In this document: positions 1 through 10,092 of the stretch, piece by piece
How positions within the stretch are numbered: position 1 is the first letter of the stretch
How the letters are laid out: every line of letters starts with the position of its first letter
Assembly: GCA_022797295.1 (NCBI GenBank)
Contig: JAAWKH010000007.1
Location: 1,338 to 65,337 of the forward strand
From: Peptococcaceae bacterium
GTDB taxonomy: Bacteria > Bacillota > Dehalobacteriia > UBA4068 > UBA4997
Reading direction: 5' to 3'
Length of the DNA stretch: 64,000 bases
Notes under the pieces: model-generated
Seen by the model: the letters and a program-made list of their open reading frames with translations, nothing else
Databases searched by the model: none
Told to the model about the DNA's origin: nothing
Made by a program: the position numbers and the translations under genes

Positions 1-380
1 CCTTTTTCAGCGTAAAAATATACCTTAGCCCGATAAGAATAACCTGATTTAGCACCAGAATATGACACGCTGGAACTGTGTACACTTGTATTATTTCTTA
101 ACATACTAGGATAACTGGAGAAATTATATGTGGCAACAGCTGTCCATTGACTAGAACCAGGAGCCTGCTCCTGCACAATGATTGTTTTAGCGCCCAGCAC
201 ATCCATAATATTTGTACCAATTATTCTAAAAGATACATTAACAGTCCCCTGCGAATTAACGGTTGTATATGCTCTGGCTTCTCGAATGTACTCGCTGGAC
301 AAAACCGCAGCATTAGCCACAGTTGCCATACTGAAAATAAATACTAAAAGTAATGCCGTCAAAGCAATGTTTTTGCGCAT
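1..380 (-). CDS. Secreted hypothetical protein; the 3' end lies beyond the window start (partial).
   Basis: ATG at 380 on the minus strand with an upstream GGAGAG RBS. The N-terminus MRKNIALTALLLVFIFSMATVANA is a typical signal peptide. The frame stays open to the window edge and the gene directly follows the anti-sigma gene on the same strand. Confidence 0.55.
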   Translation of the reverse strand, partial: MRKNIALTALLLVFIFSMATVANAAVLSSEYIREARAYTTVNSQGTVNVSFRIIGTNIMDVLGAKTIIVQEQAPGSSQWTAVATYNFSSYPSMLRNNTSVHSSSVSYSGAKSGYSYRAKVYFYAEK

Positions 381-385
381 TGTTT

Positions 386-1261
386 TCACTCTCCATCAAT
401 AGATTTTATTATCTTTTCCGCTTCTTCTATGGTAAATTTACCCATAATAGCCCCCTCAAAATTACCATTTTGCCAGGCTATTACTCTATCATCCAAATTA
501 GTCATAACATAGTAAACCCTGTCTTTTATCTCATATTTTGTAACACTATTATCATCTTTTTCATACAAAGCTTTCTTGTTACCACCAAGATATGTTGTAT
601 AACTAATAATTAGAGTGTCAGTTTCATCACCTGTTTGCTTTACAAAGGTGGCTACAACAGATTTAAAAGAACCTTCGTGTTCTCCCTCATCTATTGACTC
701 TAATGTATAACCATCAGGCAGCCATTGAGGTACAGTATTTTCGGGATAACCATATTCAGCTAATTTATCGGATAACTCTGATGTAACAGACGTATCATCA
801 AACCAAAAATGCTCCTCGTTCCACCTGCCAATAGCAGCAATCGGATTAAAACCCAAAGCATAGGCCGTAACAGTTCCGCTAAACATCAAAAGCACAAACA
901 CAGCCGCCGCACTGGCAAACCGCCGCCAATTCTTTAACCAAACGCTAACGTTAGCCTCACTGTCTTTAACAGCATTATTCCTTATTTTATCATCGTCAAA
1001 TTCATATAATGTATCCTCTTCACCAACCAAAGGATAGTAATGCTCAAAAAACTCAGCCTTAGCTATGGCAACATCTTTGGGTTTGGTTCCTTTGCGTTCT
1101 GCTATCAGATTAGAAATATAAAGGGCTTGTTCCATTTCCATCTGTTCAGCTTCTGGGGCGTCAAAGTCAGCTTGCAGAATCGCCTCCAAAACGGCAGTAT
1201 CATATTTGTCGAATCGACTATATTCAGAATTTGAACGCCCACTCTCTTCGACCATTGCCAT
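386..1261 (-). CDS. Anti-sigma-factor-like membrane protein with a cytoplasmic N-domain, one TM helix and an extracytoplasmic DUF4367-like domain.
   Basis: 291 aa ORF with an AGAGGAGG RBS. It has a single central hydrophobic helix (FASAAAVFVLLMFSGTVTAYAL) and sits directly downstream of a sigma factor gene on the same strand, which is the usual sigma/anti-sigma arrangement. Confidence 0.6.
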   Translation of the reverse strand: MAMVEESGRSNSEYSRFDKYDTAVLEAILQADFDAPEAEQMEMEQALYISNLIAERKGTKPKDVAIAKAEFFEHYYPLVGEEDTLYEFDDDKIRNNAVKDSEANVSVWLKNWRRFASAAAVFVLLMFSGTVTAYALGFNPIAAIGRWNEEHFWFDDTSVTSELSDKLAEYGYPENTVPQWLPDGYTLESIDEGEHEGSFKSVVATFVKQTGDETDTLIISYTTYLGGNKKALYEKDDNSVTKYEIKDRVYYVMTNLDDRVIAWQNGNFEGAIMGKFTIEEAEKIIKSIDGE

Positions 1262-1351
1262 ACCAAAACCTCCTCTCTATTATATACACACCATAACAAA
1301 TGTAAAAGGTGACGTAAATTTTAAGGTTTTTTTATGTTTTTAGAAAAACTT

Positions 1352-1951
1352 TTATTCCTTTTGTTTTGCCATCAATTCTCGCATTTTCTCTTTAGACCTG
1401 GATAAACGTTTTTTGCAAGCAGAAATGGAAATGTTATCTTCCTCAGCAATCATTTTTATTGATTTTCCATCAACAGCATATCTTTTTATTAGTTGAAATT
1501 CACTATATTTGGCCAAATCGCCGTATAAAAAATCTACGTTTTCATCAACCGGCCTATTATCAGGCAGATCTTCAATACCAATTTCCGCACCAAATTCCTC
1601 ATCTGCATCTGGTGGTAAATATTCTATCGATTTGGCAAACTGGCCTTTGCTTCTTCTGATTTTGGAAATAGAAAATTTTATTCCTTTACCAAGCCAGGCT
1701 TTTTGCTCTTTGAATTGCCCATTTTTTTCATATTTAATAAGTTTTTTTAATTGCTTTGGCTTACAAGCGTCAACAAAGAGATTTTGAACTGCTTCCTCCG
1801 CATCACTCGCAGATAAAAGGACAGCAGCATATCTGAATAAATCGTTATAATTTTCATCATATAATCTGCCAATCACAACCTCTTGTTCAGGCGTTAATTG
1901 TATAGTTTGTTTTTCTGGCTCCGATTTCTTCATTTCAGCTGATTTCATCAT
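1352..1951 (-). CDS. RNA polymerase sigma-70 family sigma factor of ECF-like size.
   Basis: About 199 aa from the internal Met that follows a GAGGGTGA RBS. The C-terminal region 4-like HTH (GKSIKMIAEEDNISISACKKRLSRSKEKMRELM) and region 2-like NDLFRYAAVLL fit a sigma factor. Confidence 0.65.
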   Translation of the reverse strand: MMKSAEMKKSEPEKQTIQLTPEQEVVIGRLYDENYNDLFRYAAVLLSASDAEEAVQNLFVDACKPKQLKKLIKYEKNGQFKEQKAWLGKGIKFSISKIRRSKGQFAKSIEYLPPDADEEFGAEIGIEDLPDNRPVDENVDFLYGDLAKYSEFQLIKRYAVDGKSIKMIAEEDNISISACKKRLSRSKEKMRELMAKQKE

Positions 1952-2204
1952 AATCACCCTCATTTTAGATTGAACCATTTTCTGCCTGATTATATTTTAG
2001 CATTACATCAATCAACTTGTCAACTTCTGCCAGCAAGCAAACCGTTAAAATTCGTCAAAATTTAAGCGCTTCGCCTGGTTTTTTTGCTGCTTTTATGACG
2101 TAAAAACAAAAAAAATAGCCCAAAAAAATTTGTATACTCTCCTTTGTCCCAGCATATGCTAATAATAAGGCACAATTTGCCAAAAAAGTGTACAGTTAAA
2201 GGAG

Positions 2205-2993
2205 ATGATAACATTGTCTAAATATACTGCTTCCACCCCACAGCTGCTTCTATCTCGCAAGCTCAGCCTGCTGCTTTTGCTGCTGCTAATCTTCACCTGC
2301 TGTTCGGCTTTCACCAACACGGCCCTGCCGGAGTTCAGCCCCGGCTACGCCGGCCGCCTCAGCACTGAACCGGAACAGCAGCAGACCCTCAAGTTGAGCC
2401 TGCCGCCTATCTATTCCGAGGCAGACATTCGCCCAACCTCGCCAATCACGCTGCCGGAGGCGCCGCCAACAAATGAGACCGCCCAGGCAACCGAACCGGC
2501 AGAGCCAACACCAGAGGCCACCGCGCCCGCTGAACCGGCTGAGGCCGCCCCAGCAGAACCTGCGGAGCCGGCAACCGCCGCGCTGGCCGTGCCCACGGCC
2601 TACAGCGCCAACACCGGCTTCAAATCCTATATGGATTATCGCGTGCTGACCAATCCCCGCACCGGCCAATACGCCCTCCAGCAAAAGGCCTACACGGATG
2701 AGCAGGGCTTCCGCATTTACGACGGCTGTTATATGGTGGCCCTTGGCACCTATTACGCCCAAAGCGTGGGCCAACGCTTCCGCATAACCCTGGAGGGCGG
2801 CCGCTCCTTTATGGCTATCACCGGCGACATCAAAAGCGACGCGCACACTGATTCTCTGCACCAACACCGCCAGGGCAACATTGTGGAGTTCATCGTGGAC
2901 CAACGCCGCATATCCAAAACCTGCCGCCGCATGGGGGATATGAGCTACGCCGGCTTTTCCGGCCGCATTATCTCCATTGAAAAAATTCTTTAA
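2205..2993 (+). CDS. Secreted Pro/Ala/Glu-rich protein with a C-terminal DPBB/3D-domain-like module, a possible cell-wall-acting protein.
   Basis: AAAGGAG RBS, then an N-terminal hydrophobic signal and an (A/E/P)-rich linker with PAEPAE repeats. The C-terminus (GFRIYDGCYMVALGTYYA...ITGDIKSDAHTD...GNIVEFIVD) resembles the 3D/RlpA-like double-psi beta-barrel pattern, but that assignment comes from memory only. Confidence 0.45.
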   Translation: MITLSKYTASTPQLLLSRKLSLLLLLLLIFTCCSAFTNTALPEFSPGYAGRLSTEPEQQQTLKLSLPPIYSEADIRPTSPITLPEAPPTNETAQATEPAEPTPEATAPAEPAEAAPAEPAEPATAALAVPTAYSANTGFKSYMDYRVLTNPRTGQYALQQKAYTDEQGFRIYDGCYMVALGTYYAQSVGQRFRITLEGGRSFMAITGDIKSDAHTDSLHQHRQGNIVEFIVDQRRISKTCRRMGDMSYAGFSGRIISIEKIL

Positions 2994-3202
2994 TTTTTTA
3001 TATCCTTGGCAATCGTAAGCCATAAACTGCAAATCCCCTTGGCTCTTCACCAGGGGGATTAATTTTAGAAAAATTTCTCCCCAAACTATTCACAAACCCC
3101 CTTTCTTGTGGTATAATTAGCTTGGTATCGTGTATAGGTTGCTGACTTGTGTCAAACCTAACATAAAAATAAATCTTCATAGTTTGAAAGGATGATTTTA
3201 TT

Positions 3203-6200
3203 ATGAAGAAACACAGCTTTTTGCGCCGTTTTTTAACGGCCCTGGCCTTGTTTGGCCTGCTGGCTGTGCCGCAATCTGCCTTTGCGGCCTCGGATTTGCC
3301 CAACAACCATTGGGCCGCCAGCACCATCAACGGCTACATCTCCCGCGGCATTATGTCTGGCTATCCAGACGGCACTTTCCGGCCGGAGGCCTCAGTCACC
3401 CGCGCTGAATTTGTCAAAATGGTGAACAGCGTGTTTGGCTACAACACACCGGCCAGCATTAGCTTTGGCGATGTTAAAAGCTCCTATTGGGGCTACAATG
3501 AAATTGCCAAAGGCGTAATGGCCGGCTATGTCAATGGCGACGAAAACGGCAACTTCAACCCGGACGCGCCCCTCACCAGAGAGGAAGCCGCATCCATCAT
3601 CTGCCGGATTAAAGGCCTGGCCCCCAATCAATCCGCCATCTCCAATTACATTGATAGCGGCCGGATTGCCACCTGGGCCAAGCCATATGTTGGCGCGGCC
3701 ACTCAGGCCGGCTATATGACGGGCAGCGGCGACGGCCGTTTCAACCCCCAAAAGGCCCTAACCCGTGCGGAGGCCGCCGCGGTGCTGGCCAAAGCGGAAT
3801 CCCGCCAAACCAGCAGCAATTCTGGCACATATGAACCAAACAACAACGTAATCCACAACACCACTAGCAGCAGCTCCAACAATTCCAGCAGCAGCTCCCG
3901 CGTGTCCGATTACACAATGAGCAACAATGAAAGCACTCTTTCCAACAAAACCATCACCGGCAATTTATATTTGCCGTCTGGTTTGGGCTCCAAAACAGTA
4001 AACCTGCGCAACCTGACCGTTGACGGCACTGTTTACGTGCGCGGCGGCGGCACCATCAACGTTGACGATTGCGATTTCAACAAAGTGGTGCTGGATAAAT
4101 CTGGCGTGCGCTTTGAAACCGACAGCCGTTGCAACGTTGACCGGCTGGAGTTTTGGCGCAACGGCACCATTGAGGGCCAGGGCTATGATAATGTTATCAT
4201 CTCGGATAACTCCGTCAGCTCCGCCACAGTGAACGCCAAGGTGGAAAACCTGCTGCTGGACACCGACGCAGACCTCTATCTGGGCCGCAACGCCCGCATA
4301 GATGAGCTTGAGGCCACTTCCAGCTCCGATGACGCGGTTATCCGCTTCAACAGCAACGCTGAGGTGGATGAAATGAACATCTACGATCATATCGAGATTA
4401 AAGGCTCCGGCGAAATCAACAAAATGAACTGCTATTCCTCTGGTATTTATTCCAGCATTCGCCCCGACCGGGTGACAACCTCTGGCTCCGGCAAACGCCC
4501 CACCTACACCGACGACGATGACGACGATGATGATAACAGCTGGGGCAGCGGCGGCAATAATAATAACAACAACAATAACAATAATAACAACAATACCACT
4601 ACCAACGTTAAGGACTTGGTTGTGTCCAGCAATGTTGACGGCAGCAGCAAAAAAGGCAACACATCATACGACACGGTGAAAGTTACCAATTCCGGCGTTA
4701 CCGTTAAAAATATTGTGGTTGACAAAAACCTGACCATTGAAGCATCCGTTGGCGATGGCACCGTGACGTTTGAACACGTGACGGTTAAAGGCCAGGTGTA
4801 TATCCACGGCGGCGGCCAAAACTCCGTCATCTTCTCCGATTGCACCCTGGAAAAGGACGTTTACATTGACAAAAAGCCCACCAATTCCATCAAACAACCG
4901 ATGGGCTTGAAGCTGAACAACGGCACCACATTGAAAGGAACAATTCACATCACCAACAACGCCCACATTTCCACCAGCCCCAAGGAATATCAGATTAATA
5001 ACGTGGTGATTGACGGCACCCTGACCGAGCCGGTGCTTATCAGCGCAAATATTAGTAAACTTTCGGTTGAATCCAGCTCAGAGGTAACTTTGGTTTTGGA
5101 CGACTGCACAATCAGCAGCCTTTCCGCAAGCTCCAACAAGAAAATCACCGCCAAAGGCAAGGGCAACATTGAAGATATTTCCGGGGTTTCCAATTTTGAA
5201 ATTCCCAAAAAAGAGGGTTCTGAAGAAAAAGAAGAGGTGAACCTGCCCAACCTGAAGCCGATTATTGACATTAGTGGTGTTCCCAGCACCATCGAAGCCA
5301 AAGCTGTTGTGGATTTGAACACCTGCCAGGTGAAATATGCCGATAACAGCACCGGAACCATAACCAACGCCACCTGGACGGTTTCCGACGATACGGCGAA
5401 TGTTACTTTAAGCAACAATTCGCTGACCGCCGCCCAACCAGGGAGCTTTAAGCTAACCGCCACAGTGGCCAACGGCAAAGGCATTGGCGAGGCCTACATT
5501 CAGGAATTTTCACCCACCAACGTTACCAAGGAGTTTGTCGAGGTTACGGATATTGTTGCCACAATCCCACCCACCTACACTTTGAGTGAAACTGCGAAAA
5601 ATGAAATTGCTCTTTCGGCAACAGTCAAGCCGGAAAATGCCAGCAACAGAACGGTAGTCTGGTCGGTAACCGGCGGCGACGGCGCTAAAGTTGAAGGCAG
5701 CAAACTTGTTTTAACCGGAAAAGGCAGTTACACAGTGACCGCCACCGTGAACAACGCCAAAGCCGACGGCAGCAGTGTTTCCAAAAAATTCAATATCAAG
5801 GTTGAGGCTCCTTATTGTCCAGTGGGAGATATTGAGTTAACCAGTTTGACGTATAACGAAACCGAAAAAGCATATACCGCATATGCAGGCAGTGATTTCA
5901 CATTAAGCGCCAAGGTTAACCCGCCAAAAGACAAACCGAACACCACACCCTCGCAATCCACCATTAAATGGGAAATTGTTAGATCGGATGACAAAACACT
6001 CGCCATCTCCGGCAACCGCATTTCCCCCAAAATCCCCGGCCAAATTGTTCTTAAAGCCACGGTGGCCGGCGGCAAAGACAACGGTGCGGCAAACTATGAA
6101 CAGGAAATAATCATCAACGTTAAGGCCTCTTTGATTGGCGATATTATTGTAGACCCGAAACAAAATAGTTACTATCCTGGGCAAACCATTGAGCTTGATT

Positions 6201-8497
6201 TGGATTCCAAAATTGCCTCACAATACAAAGAGCATTTGGAGTGGTCAATCAACAACCCTGAAGACCTGGGGCGTTTTATGAATGCAGAAGCTATAAAAGC
6301 CCTGCTTAGTGTTAATGAGCAAAGCAAGATTGCAACGCTGACAATTCCAAGCAACCTGCCTGAAAAAGTAACACAAATAGAGGTTAAAGTAGAAAACAAG
6401 ATAAATAACAACCCAAATCCTCCCAGTGCAGTTTTTTATGCTGTAATTGCAGATGAACCGTTTGTTCCTGTTAAAGAAATAAAAGAAAAAGAGGCTAACA
6501 AACAATATTCAATGACAGGCGGCATTCAGGAACTGTCCATTAACTTAAACGATAATGTCATTGTATCACCAAGCACTGCTACATTTAAGGATATAATCTG
6601 GAGTGAAACCATAGGCGAAGATGAGAATGGTAATCCTTTAGATAATGGCACCGCAAAATTGAATGGCAACACATTAACCGTTTATGAAGGTGGCACATAT
6701 TACGTAACCGCCACGGTGAAAGACGGCGACTTACTAAATGGAAAAGATAAATCACAGGATTTTATCATAAAGGTATCAGTGGCACCAATCAGTCCGATTG
6801 AAGTTACAACCACACCTCTTGCCAGTGATGGGTCTTTTTACACCGGACAACAAGTCAGCTGCACAATGGATAAATCAGTGTTGACGCAACATGGTAAAGA
6901 TATTAACTGGACTGTTTCTGATAGTATCACTGGAAACAGAAATACAGACAATACGTTTACTTTCACTATTCCAGCTAATTTTACTGGAGACTCCATAACC
7001 GTAACTGCCAAAAACACTCAAGTTACAGACAGCAAAGCAGAAACCAAAGAGATAAAGGTTACTAAGTTTACCGAAATTAAACCAGCGGATATTACAATTA
7101 CGAAGCCAACAACCGATCTCAAACACGGTGAAACATTTACTCTCAAAGCAACTACAACAGCGCCTCAACAGACAACGGTTATCTGGGAATTGAGCGGCAA
7201 TGATTCCTCAACAACACTTGACAGTACCTCTGGACTTTTGACGATTGGCCAAAGTGAAACCAATAAAACGATTTCTGTAACCGCTACCCTAGAGGGTGCG
7301 AAACTAAATGCTGATAAAAACGCTTTGGAAAGTGTATCAAAAACCGAAACTATTGGAATTGACTTAGGCACAGTTGGCAGAATTGAACTATCACCTAAAA
7401 TGCCTGATAATAAATATTATATTGGTCAAACAATCACATTTACTAAAGATGCAGGAACATCTAATAATCTCACCTGGAAAGTTTCATACGACTTGAGTAA
7501 AGTCGTTGATGGACACACGCCTCTAACAGTAACAAACAATAAATTAAGTTTAACTGGTATTACATTATTTTCCGATGTTACGGAACTTCCAATCACTTTA
7601 ACACCTGTATTAAATGGCCAAGAAGACACATCAAAGAAAAAAGATATAACGCTTCTTCCTTTCAATGGTGTAAAAACGCTTACTATTGCGGGAGTGGACG
7701 GAACAACCGTCGCACACGACAAAACATTGCAAATCAAAGCAACTATTACACCTGAAGATACAACCAAAGAAGCAACAAATAGCACTATTGAATGGACAAT
7801 AACTGGGCATGCAGATACAACTGGCACAAAGATTGAAAAAGACGGCGATAATTTCAAGCTAACAATCGGTAATGAATTTGCCAACGCATCCGCAACCACA
7901 CTCCAAAAGAAGATATACATCCAAGCTACTATTAAAAATGGTAAAATCTCCAATGGTTCGTTGACAGATGTACCCAGCTCTAAACTTACAATCACAATTA
8001 CAAGACCAAAACCGGAAGAACCTGATACCACTACTAAGGCGGCAACTTTAAGTTTGCGCAATCCTGGCGTTATGGATGAGCCTGGTGCAGATAATGCTAC
8101 AAACACGATTACAAGCACAGCAAAACCTGCAACCGCAATCAAGCTTTCAAGTGCAACCGGCACAAAAACTGTTGAAAAGGGCGACTCCGTGCAAATCAAA
8201 GCGACTGTTACCCCAACCAACGCAAGCAACAAAGACGATATTAAATGGACGATTAGCGGCAACAACAAATCTGGCACAACAATCAGCAGCGATGGACTTT
8301 TAACCGTTGCTGACAATGAAACTGCTAAAACGATTACCGTTAAGGCAACGATTGGCAAGGTATCTAACACCATTAAAATCACTGTTAAAACGCCAACCGT
8401 ACCCGAAAGGACAAATCGTGAACTGCCCAACGAGGCGAAAGACGCTATTAGCGGCGGCTCACGCTATCCCAACAAAACAGTGGTGCGTGCTGATTAA
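3203..8497 (+). CDS. Giant cell-surface protein (1764 aa) with a signal peptide, three N-terminal SLH domains, a beta-helix-like region and many Big_2-type Ig-like repeats.
   Basis: Signal peptide MKKHSFLRRFLTALALFGLLAVPQSAFA. Three SLH motifs follow (e.g. DGTFRPEASVTRAEFVKMV, NGNFNPDAPLTREEAASII, DGRFNPQKALTRAEAAAVL). The long T/S/N/V-rich repeated ~90 aa modules (e.g. ...VTATVANGKG..., ...TVTATVNNAKADGSS...) are typical of Big_2 domains. Confidence 0.85.
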   Translation: MKKHSFLRRFLTALALFGLLAVPQSAFAASDLPNNHWAASTINGYISRGIMSGYPDGTFRPEASVTRAEFVKMVNSVFGYNTPASISFGDVKSSYWGYNEIAKGVMAGYVNGDENGNFNPDAPLTREEAASIICRIKGLAPNQSAISNYIDSGRIATWAKPYVGAATQAGYMTGSGDGRFNPQKALTRAEAAAVLAKAESRQTSSNSGTYEPNNNVIHNTTSSSSNNSSSSSRVSDYTMSNNESTLSNKTITGNLYLPSGLGSKTVNLRNLTVDGTVYVRGGGTINVDDCDFNKVVLDKSGVRFETDSRCNVDRLEFWRNGTIEGQGYDNVIISDNSVSSATVNAKVENLLLDTDADLYLGRNARIDELEATSSSDDAVIRFNSNAEVDEMNIYDHIEIKGSGEINKMNCYSSGIYSSIRPDRVTTSGSGKRPTYTDDDDDDDDNSWGSGGNNNNNNNNNNNNNTTTNVKDLVVSSNVDGSSKKGNTSYDTVKVTNSGVTVKNIVVDKNLTIEASVGDGTVTFEHVTVKGQVYIHGGGQNSVIFSDCTLEKDVYIDKKPTNSIKQPMGLKLNNGTTLKGTIHITNNAHISTSPKEYQINNVVIDGTLTEPVLISANISKLSVESSSEVTLVLDDCTISSLSASSNKKITAKGKGNIEDISGVSNFEIPKKEGSEEKEEVNLPNLKPIIDISGVPSTIEAKAVVDLNTCQVKYADNSTGTITNATWTVSDDTANVTLSNNSLTAAQPGSFKLTATVANGKGIGEAYIQEFSPTNVTKEFVEVTDIVATIPPTYTLSETAKNEIALSATVKPENASNRTVVWSVTGGDGAKVEGSKLVLTGKGSYTVTATVNNAKADGSSVSKKFNIKVEAPYCPVGDIELTSLTYNETEKAYTAYAGSDFTLSAKVNPPKDKPNTTPSQSTIKWEIVRSDDKTLAISGNRISPKIPGQIVLKATVAGGKDNGAANYEQEIIINVKASLIGDIIVDPKQNSYYPGQTIELDLDSKIASQYKEHLEWSINNPEDLGRFMNAEAIKALLSVNEQSKIATLTIPSNLPEKVTQIEVKVENKINNNPNPPSAVFYAVIADEPFVPVKEIKEKEANKQYSMTGGIQELSINLNDNVIVSPSTATFKDIIWSETIGEDENGNPLDNGTAKLNGNTLTVYEGGTYYVTATVKDGDLLNGKDKSQDFIIKVSVAPISPIEVTTTPLASDGSFYTGQQVSCTMDKSVLTQHGKDINWTVSDSITGNRNTDNTFTFTIPANFTGDSITVTAKNTQVTDSKAETKEIKVTKFTEIKPADITITKPTTDLKHGETFTLKATTTAPQQTTVIWELSGNDSSTTLDSTSGLLTIGQSETNKTISVTATLEGAKLNADKNALESVSKTETIGIDLGTVGRIELSPKMPDNKYYIGQTITFTKDAGTSNNLTWKVSYDLSKVVDGHTPLTVTNNKLSLTGITLFSDVTELPITLTPVLNGQEDTSKKKDITLLPFNGVKTLTIAGVDGTTVAHDKTLQIKATITPEDTTKEATNSTIEWTITGHADTTGTKIEKDGDNFKLTIGNEFANASATTLQKKIYIQATIKNGKISNGSLTDVPSSKLTITITRPKPEEPDTTTKAATLSLRNPGVMDEPGADNATNTITSTAKPATAIKLSSATGTKTVEKGDSVQIKATVTPTNASNKDDIKWTISGNNKSGTTISSDGLLTVADNETAKTITVKATIGKVSNTIKITVKTPTVPERTNRELPNEAKDAISGGSRYPNKTVVRAD
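4511..4596 (+). repeat. Homopolymeric codon tract in the giant SLH protein encoding poly-Asp followed by poly-Asn (DDDDDDDDNSWGSGGNNNNNNNNNNNNN).
   Basis: Direct reading of the sequence: a GAC/GAT run followed by an AAT/AAC run. Confidence 0.9.
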
Positions 8498-8514
8498 AAA
8501 CTAAATAGTCATAT

Positions 8515-8549
8515 AAAACTAGCCCCTCCAGGAATGGAGGGGCTTTTAC
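8515..8549 (+). terminator. Rho-independent terminator after the giant SLH gene.
   Basis: The hairpin AGCCCCTCCAGGAATGGAGGGGCT is followed by TTT. Confidence 0.7.
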
Positions 8550-8588
8550 CAAAATATTTTATATTGATAATATGGATGATATTTTAAT

Positions 8589-9518
8589 ATGCGAAACCAA
8601 AAACCTATACTAAACACCAATGAACAAATTGCACATCTACAATCTAAAGGAGTTAAATTCAATTTAATATCTGTTGATGAAGCAAAAAAATATCTGGAAC
8701 TTAACAATAACTATTTTAAATTAAGAGCTTACAGAAAGAATTTTCCCAAACATCCTGACGGCCCATTAAAAGGTCAATATATCAACCTAGACTTTGCAAT
8801 GCTAAAGGACTTAGCCATAATTGATATGCACCTGCGCTATCTTCTTTTGCAAATGTCTTTGGATATTGAACATTTTGCCAAGGTTCGTCTACTAAAAGCT
8901 ATTGAAAACAACAACAACGACGGCTATTCAATCGTAATCGACTATATTGACTCCTTATCACCACAAAGAAAGCGAATTTTGCAAGAGGAGCTTGCACGTA
9001 ATCAAAATAATCCATATTGTGGTGGTATTATTTCCAAATACAACGGCTGTTATCCAATTTGGGCTTTTATCGAAATAATAACATTCGGTACGCTTATTCA
9101 TTTATATGATTTTTGTATAACAAAACTATGTCTAAAAAAAATGAAAAGTGATTATTACCTTTTAAGCACAATTCGTGAGCTTCGCAATGCAGCAGCTCAT
9201 AACAACTGCTTTATTTACGATATGAGTGCAAATGATGCCCAGCATAAGCCAGACCCTAAAATGTTAATGGCCCTAAAAAACATCCCTACAACAACAAAAC
9301 AAAAACGTTTTAAGAATGAGCGCACAAGACAAATTATAACCTTGCTATACACGCACAAAACATTTGTTAGTAGTCAGGGAGTTTTTAGCGCAAGAAAAGA
9401 AGCGCTTAACAAACTAATTGAACGGATTTTCCATCATATTGATTATTATGCTGATAATAAAATGATTCTTTCCAATTTTAACTTTTTGAAAAATGTTGTT
9501 GACATTTTATATCCTTAA
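8589..9518 (+). CDS. Abi family abortive-infection protein (Abi_2 / AbiD-AbiF-like).
   Basis: 309 aa in an AT-rich island. The N-terminus (KPILNTNEQIAHLQSKGVKF) and the overall architecture resemble the Abi_2 family, which typically begins KPFLTYEEQIELLKSRGL. The codon usage is atypical for this genome. Confidence 0.6.
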   Translation: MRNQKPILNTNEQIAHLQSKGVKFNLISVDEAKKYLELNNNYFKLRAYRKNFPKHPDGPLKGQYINLDFAMLKDLAIIDMHLRYLLLQMSLDIEHFAKVRLLKAIENNNNDGYSIVIDYIDSLSPQRKRILQEELARNQNNPYCGGIISKYNGCYPIWAFIEIITFGTLIHLYDFCITKLCLKKMKSDYYLLSTIRELRNAAAHNNCFIYDMSANDAQHKPDPKMLMALKNIPTTTKQKRFKNERTRQIITLLYTHKTFVSSQGVFSARKEALNKLIERIFHHIDYYADNKMILSNFNFLKNVVDILYP

Positions 9519-9885
9519 TAGTATAATATATATAGAGAAAAAAATATTATTATTTTTGCGGGGCAGAATTGTCTATTGTTAATAGATGATTTCGCCCTAT
9601 TTTTTTACTCAAATAATAGTAAATCTAAAAACTTTAATTAAAACGAAAAACCCCCGTTGCAGAGGGGGTTTTCGTTTTTCGTACTTGCTTAGTTGCATAG
9701 TCACCTTTTTAGTTCATTATTATTATACCACAACAACAAAGAAAATGCAACTGCTTTGAAGAAACATTTTACACTCCCGACTGGCCGCAAACACCGTTCG
9801 GCAAAATGTTTGCCTTTATCTTCAGGCTATGCTATAATTATATCGTTACCATCTCCAATTCTGGTGACAGGAGGGAGGTGTTTTG

Positions 9886-10014
9886 ATGCAGTTTTTGCTA
9901 ACTCTGTCTGCCGCTGTTATGGGCAATGTGATTTCGTATTACATAGTCAAATGGTTGAATAGCGGTAAAAAACATGGTAATCAGCCTAGAACAACGTCAA
10001 ATTGGAAGTTATAA
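9886..10014 (+). CDS. Fst/par-like type I toxin peptide (42 aa, C-terminally extended variant): MQFLLTLSAAVMGNVISYYIVKWLNSGKKHGNQPRTTSNWKL.
   Basis: A TGCTATAAT extended -10 at 9827-9835 and a GGAGGGAGGTG RBS precede the ORF. The hydrophobic helix plus YYI(V/I)KWL(N/D) motif is shared with the 8 other cassettes, and an intrinsic terminator lies at 10021-10055. Confidence 0.65.
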   Translation: MQFLLTLSAAVMGNVISYYIVKWLNSGKKHGNQPRTTSNWKL

Positions 10015-10020
10015 AACAGA

Positions 10021-10092
10021 AAGCCCCTTGGAATGGCACTCCAAGGGGCTTTTCTGCGTTTTGATACATGCTAACTCTGATTTTTTAACTCC
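10021..10092 (-). ncRNA. Putative antitoxin antisense sRNA (RNAII-like) for the toxin at 9886-10014.
   Basis: A minus-strand promoter TTGACA(10127-10122)-N17-TATAAT(10104-10099) lies just downstream of the toxin. The transcript would include GTTTTGATACATGCTAACTCTGA, which is complementary to the toxin TIR GTTTTGATGCAGTTTTTGCTAACTCTG, and would end at the shared bidirectional terminator 10021-10055. Confidence 0.5.

Noticed and set aside
2286-3050. A 254-aa minus-strand ORF overlapping the 2205-2993 gene.
   Set aside because: It is a GC-rich antisense frame with Arg/Gly/Ala-rich junk and no RBS. The plus-strand gene has a signal peptide and a recognisable C-terminal domain.
7426-8430. A 334-aa minus-strand ORF inside the giant SLH/Big_2 gene.
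   Set aside because: It is the antisense shadow of the repeat region of the 1764-aa gene. Its hydrophobic low-complexity translation reflects reverse-complemented T/S/V codons, and there is no start context.
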